NCBI GenBank assembly: GCA_013265495.1
Contig: MU058570.1
Location: 230,224 to 250,223 of the forward strand
DNA: 20,000 nt
Direction of reading: 5' to 3'
DNA from: Vicugna vicugna
Lineage: Eukaryota
Position numbers and translations under genes: made by a program. Within the stretch, counting starts at the first letter, position 1. The number at the start of each line of letters is the position of its first letter. Positions 1 through 11,334 of this stretch are shown here, one piece after another. Below the pieces are notes generated by a model. It saw nothing but the letters and a program-made list of their open reading frames with translations. It was not told where the DNA came from and did no database searches.

Positions 1-478
1 GTGCTAATCTCTAGATAAAGGGTGAAGTTAGAATAATCTACACAAAGTACTTGGCACCATGTCTTTCCTACAAGAGCCCCCCACTCCCCTTTTCAAGCCA
101 TGAGCTGCTCCCTCTCCAGGTGTGACACCCACGGCCTCTCCTTCCACCTCTTCTTCCTCCTTCAGCTGCACATGCTCTGCAGATCCTGACCCCGGTCTCC
201 CGACCACCCGCCTTGCCTGCTGCTGTGCAGACAAAGCTCCCTTTAGATGGAGATCGCTGTGGATTCCTGGTCTCTGCGGTACGCAGTAATACTTAGCAGT
301 CCTTTTTCCTATCCTGGCCATCTCACTTTTTCTCCACGTCTGCTGTTTTATACTTTCACTAATCTCTTCAAGCCTTTTGTCTCACCTCCAGGACATGCCC
401 CTTCCTTCCATCCTCTTCTCCAACCTGTATTTACCTCCAGGCTTAACCTTAACCCTTTTCCTGTTGTCTCAGAAGAAA

Positions 479-1383
479 TGATAGCGGATACGAGGACTCT
501 GAAATTAGGAAGAGGCCCACCAAAGTGTGGGTCCTTGCTGCCGGATGTGAAAGGGTTCACAGCAGAGGCAGAGGGACAAAGTGAATGACTGCTTTATTGC
601 TTCAAAAGAGGAAAAGGAAAGAAAACGTTGGAGCAGGGAAGAGGAAAGCGCTGGAGCAGGGAGCCGGCAGCCGAGATGGCCCATTGAGACAGCTCCAGGC
701 TGGGCCACGTGGACTTTCATGGGAGACTTCTGTCCTCATGTCTTCCTTCTGGGTGTGATGGAGCCAATCGCCCTGTCTTCCGTGCTTGTACGGGCTTTTC
801 CTGTTGCTGTCATGGCGCTGGTGGGTGTGTCGTTTAGCAGCTCATACACTGCAGTGTGCTTGAGGCTCCACTGGAAGTCAGATGCTCCGCCATCTTGGGC
901 TCAGTTGGTTCTAACCAGTTCTTGTTTCTTCTCTTTGCAGCAGCTTCCTGAGAGCTAGATAAGAGTAATTGGTTTCTATTCAAAGGAGGGGCAGGGGTAT
1001 GATCCTGGGAACAACAGCATTGATAACAAAACAGAAAGTTACTTTGAATCAGCATGCTGGCAATCTGGTGAACCCAGTGTCTCCCCTGCCCTCTCCAAAA
1101 AACCATCTCCAAAGATCCTGCTCAGCCATAAACAAGAGACAGGGGTTGGGGGCCAGAGAGGGGTGGGGCCTTAAGGAGGATCTGGGACCATGTCCTAAGG
1201 CTGCACTGCTCCTCCCCGTCTCTGCACTCCCTCCTTTCCCAGATTAGCTCCCGTTTGAATCTGCCCTTCTGAACTCAGGGAAGATGAAGGAGGCGGAATG
1301 AAGCCTATTTCCTACAAACAGGAAACAGGGAACACAGAACGATCTGTACCAGGGAGGACCCCTCGGGGTCCTGCTCAATATCA
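479..1383 (-). mobile_element. ERV1-class solo LTR, MER41/MER4-like (cetartiodactyl type)
   Basis: Termini TGATA...TATCA form a 5-bp inverted repeat, flanked by a 4-bp TSD GAAA (475-478 and 1384-1387). AATAAA on the minus strand at 593-598. The internal block CTGTCATGGCGCTGGTGGGTGTGTC...CCGCCATCTTGG resembles the MER41/MER4 group as recalled. Confidence 0.85.
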
Positions 1384-1689
1384 GAAAGGAGGTCTCTCTT
1401 CATTTTTGAGACTAAGCTCTACCTTTTGCCTCAGACCTCATCTCTCAAGTCTCAGAATCTCCTGTCCCCAAGCATTCCTTTCTTTTTCTACTGGTACCTT
1501 CCTGTCTTCTGGCCGTCCGCACCACACCCTCCATTCCTGCCCCATCTCTTTCCATCACAGCCAGGGCGCTGCTGAGAGTTGGCAGTGCTTTTTATCTGTG
1601 GCGTGTCACTTCCTCAGCTCTTGGGCTGACCGCTCTTGGCCCCCCTCGTGTAAACCTGGTTGTACTCGGGGCGCAAGTAGGTGCACCCA

Positions 1690-1945
1690 AGGCCTTTGCA
1701 GCCTCTGTAATTTAGCCTCTCTTCACAGCCAGCCCTTATAAGAACTGCTTCCCCGATCTCCCTGGTGGCTCACAGGTATTTGATGTTTCATCTCTCTAGA
1801 TCTGCACTCAGTATTTTGTCACAAAATGAATACGTCCTCAGAACCCTCAGTATTTCTTATCTCAGTTATCAGTGTCACGAAGGAGCTGTTTGCCTAAGCC
1901 AGAAACCAAGGAACCCTTCTCAGACAACTCCACTGTCCCCGCACC
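1690..1945 (+). mobile_element. Degenerate L2 LINE ORF2 fragment
   Basis: GGCTCACAGGTATTTGATGTTTCATCTCTCTAGATCTGCACTC...ATCTCAGTT...CCTAAGCCAGAAACC resembles the L2 'LKLNMSKTEL...ARNLGV' region. Heavily diverged; boundaries approximate. Confidence 0.5.
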
Positions 1946-4332
1946 GTTTCTGCCAAGAAGTGAACTGTGTGGAATGAATCCTGCAGTCAAGGCCATCTGC
2001 CTTTGCTCCCTTTATGACCTTTGGGAATCTCGTGGGAGAAGCTACGAAGGCACAGGTCATCTGGTGTACTCCCTCGGACTGAGCTTCCCTAAAGGCTGAA
2101 GGTCATCACTGACTGTCAGTTGTTGAGCAAACATACTGTGCTCTTCAATGCACTTTCCGGCCAGGTTCCCACTGTCAGCGGTTGTCATTGTGCCTGGAGC
2201 TCAGTCTTACTTTATGATGTGCCACCACTCTGCTGGGGTCTGGGAAATTCAATGTGGCTTGAAATGAGTGTAAAAACAAGTCAATAAGTTTCAAATGAGG
2301 TTTCTCCCTTGGAGTTAATGCTTTGGCTTTGTGTTAGCTATTTCAGTGGAGGCCATTTTTTCCAGACCTATATTTTTGTCTGTGTTCCTGAATGGCTGAC
2401 TTTTGCCCAAGACTGATTTCTAATTATTTGATATCATTTCTGTTATCTCATTTAACATTTCTCATGCAGAATTAAAAATAGCCTAGTAGCATGTAGCTGG
2501 TTTAGATTTTCTATTTTGGGATATGCTCTCTCCCATGCCCTGAAGCTTCATTCCTTCTGAGGACACCCTCATCAAGTGAATGTAATTATCATGAATTGGA
2601 TACAAAAAATTTCTTTGTGATTTTGAGCAAATTAACATCCACTATAATGAAACAACATCAAATCTAATTAAAGTAGACATAATTGTTTAAGTAGTTCATA
2701 CTTAAACTATCTTATACAACCTAACAGTGTACTTACACATCTCTCCATTCATTGCTCTGTAGTATGACTGTGTACCTGCTCCTCTGAAGACTTTTTGTAG
2801 CTGTTAAGCACTGCACACGTGACATATAATACATATACATGACGTGCAGTGTATATGTCATTCAACTTCAAGAAAGGAAAGAGAAAAAGAAAGTAAAAAG
2901 TCCCACAGATTTTAAAAACAAAATAAGTCAGTAAAATTAGTGCATTTTGTACTGGAATCACAGATGTGGGCGTGGTGTGTGAGAGCCTCACTGCTGTAAA
3001 AAACCAGCGAACCTCACACCCTGAGGGGAGAATGTCAGGTTTTGTAGATCCATCTCTTGGCTCTCGGTTCCAAGGAGGGCTGTGAAATCCAAATTCCTTC
3101 ATCAACAGGAGGAGTTTAACTGAACCTCTTCATTAAGTTGGATCCTTGTCACCTACAGGGAATGTGATTGCCCACTGGGGTGCTTGGTTTTATTTGTGTC
3201 AACCAAGCTCAGATATCTCCAGACAGAAAAATACCGGGATGCACAGCCTGGTGCCTCACCTGCTGCTCCTTCCTTCTGGGTACCGTTTCCCCCTTGAGGC
3301 ACATCCTTTGGTAATCCTTTCTGTTTGGATGTGTGTAGTAAACTTACAGTCATTGTCTGATAAAATCACCTATTCTAATTTTTATAAAACTTTCTGAGAT
3401 CATCATGGATTCACAGGCAGTTTTAAGAACAGAGATCTCATGTACCCTTTACTCTGTTTTCCCCAGTGGTCACATTGCAAAACTGTCATGACATCACAAC
3501 CAGGATACTGATGCTGCCATGGCTACTGACACAGATGACTTCTATCAACACAAAGATCTCTCCTGTGCCCTTTTGGGGACACATACTCTTCCTCCCTACT
3601 CCCCCCACCTCCTTAGCCCCTGGCAACCACTGATCTGTTCATCATTTCTATAATTCCTTTGTTTCAGGAGTGTTCTGTAAGTGGCCTCGTGCAGTGTGTA
3701 ATCTTTCAGGATTGACTTTTCCACGCAGTATGATTCTCTGCAGAGCCATCCGGCTTCCTGCGTGTATGAGCAGTTCACTCCCTACTCACTTATTGCCGAG
3801 AATTATTATTCCTTGATACAAAAATACTCATTTATTTAACCAGTCACCTGTTGCAGAACATCTGGGTTGTTTGCAGTTTGGGGCTATAACAAAGCTACTG
3901 CAGACCTTCATGGACGGGGTTTTGTGTGAACGTAAGTCTTCAGTTTTCTGGGATAAACGCCCAGGGATGCAGTTGCTCAGTCATGGTGGTTTCATGTTCA
4001 GTTTTTTTTTTTGAGAAACTGTCCAGCTATTTTCCAGATTAGCTATACCATTTTGTATTTCTACCAGCAGTGTAGGAGTGATCTAATTTATGTGCATCCT
4101 CGCCAGGATTTAGTGTTGTCACTACTTTTTATTTTAGCCTTTCTGATAGGTGTGTAGTGACATTTCATTATGGTTTTAAATTGCATTTCCCTAATTTATT
4201 GGCTAACTTTTTTTTAAATTGGCTAACAGTCTTAAACATATTTTTATATGCTCATTTGCCACATGTATATCTTTTTCAGTGAAATGTCTCTTCATGTCTT
4301 ATGCCCACTTTCTACTTGGGTTGTTTGATTTT

Positions 4333-4754
4333 GTAATTAATTTTTTTATTGAATTACAGTTGATTTACAATATTTTGTTAGTTTCAGTTGTATAGCAAAG
4401 TGATTCAGTTATATATATTTTTTCAGATTATTTTCCAGTATAGGTTATTACATGATATTGAATATAATTCCCTGTGCTCTACAGTAAATCCTTGTTGCTT
4501 ATCTATTTTATGTATAGTAGTTTATATCTATTAATTCCACACTCCTAATTTATCTCTGTTTCCCTTTTGGTAACCATAAGTTTGTTTCCTATGTCTGTGA
4601 GTCTGTTTCTGTTTGGTATATAGATTCATTATATTGTTTTTTAGATTCCACATATAAGTGATATCACTAATATTTGTCTTTCTCCATCTGACTTAATATT
4701 CTCTATGTTGCTGAAGTGGCATTATTTCATTCTTTTTATGGCTGAGTAATATTC

Positions 4755-4803
<49 letters not shown>

Positions 4804-6356
4804 TCTCCCACATCTTCTTAATCCAGTCGTCTATTGATGGGCACTTGGGCTGTTTCCATGTCTTGGCTATTGTAAATAGTGCTGCTGTGAACATTGGGAT
4901 GCATGCATCTTTTCAAATTAGAGGCTTTTTTTTTTCATCTTTTCTGGGTATATGCCCAGGATTGGGATTGTTGGATCATATGGTAGCCCTATTTTTAGTT
5001 TTTTGAGGAACCTCCATGCTCTTCTCCATAGTCGCTACACTAATTTACATTCCTACCAAACATGTAGGAGAGTTCCCCATCCTCAACACCCTCTCCAGCA
5101 TTCATTATTTGTAAACTTTTTGATGACAGCCATTCTGACCAGTGTCAGGTGGCACCTCACTGTGGTTCTAATTTGCATTTTCCTGATGATCAGTAATGCT
5201 GAGCGTCTTTTCGTGTGCCTGTGGGCCATCTGTATGTCTTCTTTGGAGAAATGTCTATTTAGGTCTTTTGCCTATTTTTGATTATGTTGTTTGCTTTCTT
5301 GTTATTGAGTTGTATGAGCTGTTTGTGCATTTTGGAAATTAAGCCCTTGGTCACATCATTTGCAAATATTTCCTCCCATTCCATAGGTTGTCTCTTCATT
5401 TTGTTGATGGTTTCCTTTGCTGTGCAAAAGCTTTAAGATTGATTAGGTCCCATTTGTTTGTTTTTATTTCTTTGCCTGGGGAGACTGCTCTAAGGGAATA
5501 TTGCTATCATTTATGTCAGAGAATGTTTTATCTGTGTTCTCTTCTAAGAGATTTATGGTGTCATGTCATGTGGTTTTGATTTGCATTTTCCTGATGAGCA
5601 GTGATGTTGAGCATCTTTTCATGTGCCTGTTGGCCATTTGTAGGTCTTCAAACCATTCTGAGTTTATTTTTATATATTGTGGGAAGACATCTAATTTCAT
5701 TGACTTACTTGTAGCTGTCCAGCTTTTCCAACCCTACTTGTTCACGGGACTGCCTTTTCTCCATTGTATATTCTTGACTCTCTTGTCATGGATTGATTGA
5801 CTGTAGGTTTATTTCTGGGCTCCTTGTTCTAGTCCATTGATCGATATGTCTGTTTGTGTGCCAATACCATGCTCTTTTGATTACTATAGCTTTATAGTAT
5901 AGTCTGAAGTCTGGGAGGGTCATGCCTCCAGCTTTGTTCTTTTTCCTCAGGATTGCTTTGGTAATTCTGGGTCTTTTGTGGTTCCATATAAATTTTAGGA
6001 TTATTGTACTAGTTCTGTGAAAAATGTCATAGGTAATTTGATAGAGATTGCATTAATCTATAGATTTGATAGTATGGCCATTTTAACAGTATTAATTCTT
6101 CCAGTCCAAGAGCATGAGATATCTTTGCATTTCTTTTTACTTCAATTTCCTTTTCAATGTTTTGTATTTTTCAGTATTTATGTCTTTCACCTCTTTGGTT
6201 AAGTTTATACCTAGGTTTTTTTTGGATGCAATTTTAAATGGGATTTGTTTTCTAACTTTCTGATATTTCCTTATTATTGTGAAGAAATGCAACAGATTTC
6301 TGTATGTTAATCTTGTATCCTGCTACCTTGTTGAATTCATTTATTAGGTCTAGAAA
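4333..6356 (-). mobile_element. Younger 5'-truncated LINE-1 (3'UTR plus ORF2 C-terminus) nested in the L1MC
   Basis: T-rich tail then ATTGAATTACAGTTGATTTACAAT, a typical artiodactyl L1 3' end on the minus strand. 16-bp TSD TGGGTTGTTT(G/A)ATTTT at 4317-4332 and 6357-6372, one mismatch. Confidence 0.9.
4758..4802. repeat. (TG)22 microsatellite inside the L1
   Basis: Uninterrupted TG run seen directly. Confidence 0.98.
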
Positions 6357-7519
6357 TGGGTTGTTTAATTTTTTTTACTGTGTTTTGAGAGTTTTTTTTT
6401 AATTAATGTATATATTCTAGATGCTAGTCCTACGTTGGATATTTTGCAGATTTTTCACTCAGTCTGTAGCTTGTCTTTTCATTCTCTTAACAAAGTTTTC
6501 TATAAAGCAAATGTTTTCTATTTTGATGAAGTCCAATTTATCAATTTTTCCTGTTATAGATTTTGGGGTGGGGCATCCAATCCAGTCTCAGACCTCTTTA
6601 CTTTGTCCTGAAGATCTTCTCCTATTTTTCCTGAAAGTTTTATAATAATCTTTTACCTTTTAAGTCTGTGGTCTATTTTCAGTTAATTTTGTATAAGATA
6701 TGAGGCTTAGGTCAAGGCCTTTTTTACCCCCTTGTGGCTGTCCAGTTGCTTCAGCACCATTTGTTGAAAAGGCTAACTTTCTTCTATTAAATGGTTTTTG
6801 CACCTTCAAAGGCAGTTGGACATATTAATGTGGGTCTGTTTCTTAGTTCTCTGTGCTGTTTCGTTGATGAACATGTCTCTCCCCCTGCTTACCCCTCACA
6901 GTTGTGATTACTGTGTCAGGTGAAGTGATTCCTTCCACTTTTTCTTTTTCAAAATTGTTTTTGCTATGCTAGTTCCTTTGTGTTTCCATATAAATTTTAG
7001 AATCATCTTGTCTGTATCTACCAAAAAGTCTTGCTAGAAATAGGAAATTTTCTTAAACATAGGCATCAATTTGGAGAGAGTTAGCATTTTTGCTTTGTCC
7101 AGTCTTTAATCCATGGCACAGTGTGCCTTTCTATTTAATTAGTTTCTTTTGTTTCTTTCATCAGCATTATTTCATTTTTAGCATAGAAATCCTTCCCATG
7201 TTTTGTTAGATTTATGCCATTTTTTCAGTGATTATAAGTGATACTATATTTTAAATCTTGATGCTGATGTGTTTGTTGTTAGTATGTAGAAATGTGATTG
7301 ATTTTTATATCCTACAGTCTTGACCTTGCTGAACTCACTTACCAGCGATGAGATTTTTCTTTTTAGAGTCCTTCGATTTTTCTATGTAGACAATCATATT
7401 ATCTGCCAATAGGAACAATTTTATTTCTTCCTATTTGATCTGTGTACCTTTGTTTCCTTACTTTGTATGCCTAACTCTTATTTAATATCACACAGGGATA
7501 TTAAATAAGAGTGGTAAGA

Positions 7520-8021
7520 TACAATCCAGCAATCCCACTCCTGGGCATGTATCTGGAGGGAACTCTAATTCAGAATGATACATGCACCCCAGTGTTCACA
7601 GCAGCACTGTATACAGTAGCCAAGACATGGAAACAACCTAAATGTCCATCGATAGTTGACTGGATAAAGAAGTTGCCTATATTTATACAATGGTACTCAG
7701 CAATAAAAAAAGGAATAAAATAATGCCATTTACAGCGACATGGATGGATCTTGAGATCATCATTCTAAGTGAAGCAAGCCAGAAAGAGAAAGAAATAAAC
7801 CATATGGTATCACTCATACAGGGAACCTAAAAAAAGAGGAAAAAAAGAAAGAAAAAAGAGGATACTAATGAATGCATCTACAAAACAGAAACAGAATCAC
7901 AGACATAGTAAATGATCTTATGCTTACTGGGGCAGGGGGAGGGGGTGGGAAGACATAAATTTGGGAGTTTGAGACTTGCACATGTTAACCACTATATATA
8001 AAAATAGATTTAAAAGAAGAA
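7520..8021 (+). mobile_element. LINE-1 3' fragment (ORF2 end plus partial 3'UTR) nested in the L1MC
   Basis: Encodes YNPAIPLLGMY...TCTPVFTAALYTVAKTWKQPKCPS, the L1 ORF2 C-terminus. 13-bp TSD AAGAGTGGT(A/G)AGA at 7507-7519 and 8022-8034. Confidence 0.9.
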
Positions 8022-8857
8022 AAGAGTGGTGAGAGCAGATAGTCTTACTTTGTTTCTGGTCTTAGAGAGAAAGCAGTCTTTCGCCATTCAGTATAAGGTT
8101 AGCTGTAGAAATTTTTAAATGATCATTATCAAGTTGAGGAAGTTCCTTTCTGGTTTTTTGTTTTTGTTTTTGAGAGTTTTTATCATGAATGAATGTTAAT
8201 TTCTGTGAAATACTTCTTCTGCATCTGTTGATATGACCATGTGATTTTTCTTTTTAGCCTGTCAATAGAGTAATTACATTGATTGATTTTCAGATATTGA
8301 ACCAGACTTTCATCTCTGAAACAAAGCCCACTTGGTCATAGTGTATACTTTATATGTATATATAAAACTGAATTCTGTTTGCTAATATTTTGTTAAGTGT
8401 TCATGAGAGATACTGTTCTGTGGTTGGTGTTGTTTTAATACTGTCTTTTTCTGGCTTTGGTATCAGGGAAATACTAACTTCTGAAAATGACTAGGGAAGG
8501 GTTCCCTCCTTTTTAATTTTCTCAAAGATGTGGTATAGAATTGGTGTTGATTCTTTCTTAAATGTTTGTAGAATTCTCTAGTAAAACCATCCTGGCCTGA
8601 ACATTTCTTTTGTGAGTTTTAAAATTATAAATTCAGTTTCCTTTATAGTTACAGGACTATTTAAGTGATCTATTTTATGTTGGATGAGTTGTAGGACTTT
8701 GTGTTTTCAAAAAATTGGTCCATCTCTTGTAAGTTGTCAAATTAAAGTGTGTGGAGCTGTTCTTGTTCCTCCTTTGTCATCCTGCTGGGTCTGTAGTGAT
8801 ACACCTTGAAATTGGCTATTTGTGTTCTCACTCTCTCTTTTTTTTTTGATCAGTGTT

Positions 8858-9247
8858 TGTTATATCACTGAGTTAACGGTGGCCCCTGCACATTGGCCCC
8901 ACTGTGGTTTTCTTCTCTGCAACAAGCTGAGACATTAGTTCAAATCCCGCCAGCACCAGATTCAAATTCTTACATACTCAGTTGCTTTAAACACGGCCCA
9001 AAGAAGCACATCATTATTTTTAGCCATTAAGCGACTGCCTGCTTTGAATACCTGGTGAAGCTGCATTTACCGTCTACTCACCTTTGATCAGGCAAGCTTT
9101 GGGGCTGTCACAGACCTCCAGCAGATGCTGCCAAGCAACGTCACCTGGACACGTTAAGTCCCCTCAGAGGGGATGCTGGTGTGTGCCGTGACCGTCTCAA
9201 GGTCATGTCCTTTTCCTTGACCAGTCCCCACATCCTTCAGCTCACCA
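8858..9247. mobile_element. Non-L1 insert, probable LTR fragment, family unassigned
   Basis: GC-richer block of about 390 bp, starting TG and ending CA, that interrupts colinear L1 sequence (...GATCAGT|...|TTGCTAGAGGTTTGTCAATTTTATTGATC). No clean TSD. Confidence 0.45.
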
Positions 9248-10440
9248 GTTTTGCTAGAGGTTTGTCAATTTTATTGATCTTTTCAGGGAATCAGCTTTGT
9301 TTTTCTGTTTTCAGTTTCATTGATTTCTGCTCTTGGTTTCCTTCTTTCTGCTTGTTTTATGTTTATTTTGCTCTTCCTTTGCTAGGTTTTGAGGAGCTTC
9401 AATAATTAATTGATACTTTTCCTCCTTTCTAATATATTCATGTAGTCATGTAGTGCTCTGAATTGTCCTTTCAGCACTGCTTTAGTTGTAACCCACAAAT
9501 CTTGGTAAGTTATATTTTCATTTCCATTCAGCTCAGTGTATTTTTCGATTTCCCAGGAGACTTCCTTTTTAAATCATGGGTTGTTTAGAAGTGTCCTGGT
9601 TAGTATCTGAGTAGTTGGAGATTTTCCTATTGTCTTTATGTTATTGATTTCTAGCTTGATGCCATTGTGGTTGAGAACACATTCTTTGTGATTTCAATCA
9701 TTTTAAATTTGTTAAAGTTTATTTTATGGCCCAGGGTGTGGTCTATCTTGATATACGTTCCATAGGACCTTGAAAATATGTGCCCTGCTCTTGTTGGGCA
9801 GAGTGTTCTATAAATGTTGACTCGAACCTGTTGGTTGACTGTGCTGAATTCTTCTGTATCTTGGCTGATTTCTGTCTACTTGTTCTGTCAGTTGTTGAAA
9901 GAGGGGTGTTGACATTTGCAGCCATAATCGTGAGCTTGTCTGTTTCTCCTTTCAGTTTTGTCAAGTTTTAATTTGACTTATTTTATAGCTCCATTTTTTT
10001 GGTGCACACATTGAGGATTCCTATGTCTTATTGGGGGATTTACCCTTTTATCATTATATAGTGACCCTCTCTGTCTCTGATCATTTTCTTTGCCCTACAG
10101 CCTGCTTTGTCTGTTAACGATAATGATTGACTTTGATTAAAATTTGCATGATATTATTTTTTTCCATTCTTTCATTTTCAACCTGCCTGAAATCATAATT
10201 GAAGTGAGTTTCTTGGAGGCAGCATGTAGTCAGGTCATGTTTTTCGATCTAACCTGCCAATCTTGTCTTTTAATTGGTATATTTATATGGTTTATGTTTA
10301 ATGTAAGTATTGATCTATTAAATTTGTTTTTCCATTTTATATTTTTACTTTCTATTCTGTTTTTTTATTTCCCTCTTTTTCGAGTCTTTCTGTGGTTTAT
10401 AAGAATATTTTTTAGAATTCCATTTGATTTACCTGTTTTT

Positions 10441-10782
10441 TTTTAATTGAAGTACAGTCAGTTACAATGTGTCAATTTCTGGTGTACAACCCTTGTCCCA
10501 GGCATGCATATACATACATACATTAATTTTCATATTCTTTTTCATTACAAGATATTGAATATAGTTCCCTGTGCTATACAGAAGAAACTTGGTTTTTTAA
10601 ATTTTTTTTATATATAGTGGCTAACATTTGTAAATCTCAAACTCCCAAATTTCTCCCTTCCCACACTCCTTCCCCCATAACCATAAGATTGTTTACTAAG
10701 TCTGTGATCTGTTTCTGTTTTCTGGATGAGTTCATTAGCGTCCTCTTCTTTTTCTAGTTCCACATATGCATGATACCAAATG
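10441..10782 (-). mobile_element. Short 5'-truncated LINE-1 3' end
   Basis: Poly-T followed by AATTGAAGTACAGTCAGTTACAATG. Perfect 15-bp TSD GATTTACCTGTTTTT at 10426-10440 and 10783-10797. Confidence 0.92.
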
Positions 10783-10953
10783 GATTTACCTGTTTTTGAG
10801 TATAACCTGTTTCCCTAATGTTCTGGGGTCTTGTCTCTTCGCATAGCTGTTTTAGTGGTTGCTCTGGGTATTAGACTATATATACATATCACAGTCTACT
10901 GGTATCATCATTTTACCAGTTTGAGTGAAATATAAAACCCTTACCTCCATTGA

Positions 10954-11331
10954 CAGCCATGCCTTATGCTTCACAGAGACTGCATTTTTTACAAATTGAA
11001 GGCTCATGGCAACTCTACATTGAACAAGTCTGTTGGCACCATCTTTCCAACAGCATTTGCTCACTTCATGTCTCCAGGTCATGTTCTGGTAATCCTTGCA
11101 GCATTTTAAACTTTTTCATTATTATTATAGTTGTTATGGTGATCAGTGATCTTTAATATTACTATGGCAAAAAGATTATGACTTGCTGAGGGTTCAGATG
11201 ATGGCTTTTTTACCAATGAAGTATTTTTTAATTAAAGTATGTACATTGGTTTTTAAGACATAATGCTACTGCACACTTAGTAGACTACAATATAGTGTAA
11301 ATGTAACATTTATGTGCACTGGGAAGCCAAA
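10954..11331 (+). mobile_element. Internally deleted Tigger1 DNA transposon (Tigger1a_Art-like), right terminus missing
   Basis: Tigger1 left arm (TTTTTTACAAATTGAAGG...GGCAAC...TTTCCAACAGCATTTGCTCACTTC) joined near 11165 to the right arm (GCAAAAAGATTATGACTTGCTGA...GACTACAATATAGTGTAAA...GCACTGGGAA). Confidence 0.88.
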
Positions 11332-11334
11332 TCC

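Larger units (their letters stand above)
3375..10953 (-). mobile_element. Old L1MC-type LINE-1 (3'UTR, decayed ORF2, inter-ORF region), interrupted by several later insertions
   Basis: 3'UTR signature ATTCACAGGCAG...AGAGATCTCATGTACCCTTTAC...CCCCAGTGGT...ATCACAACCAGGATACTGA at about 3409-3511. Host segments are about 3375-4332, 6357-7519, 8022-8857, 9248-10440 and 10783-10953. Minus-strand ORF 9743-9964 (LKGETDKLTIMAANVNTPLSTTDRTSRQK) is an L1 endonuclease-domain remnant. Confidence 0.85.

Noticed and set aside
940..1320. STAT/GAS elements in the MER41-like LTR
   Set aside because: I found no exact TTCNNNGAA; only one-off variants.
28..2099. ORFs of 70-147 aa at the window start
   Set aside because: They lie in LTR/L2-derived or low-complexity sequence, resemble no protein family I recognise and show no exon structure.
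4761..6645. Cluster of + strand ORFs of 60-110 aa
   Set aside because: Antisense readings of L1 ORF2 and of the TG microsatellite; not genes.
7511..7723. ORFs with real L1 ORF2 similarity (also 9743-9964 and 13085-13420)
   Set aside because: Short decayed fragments of truncated L1s; no intact ORF2.
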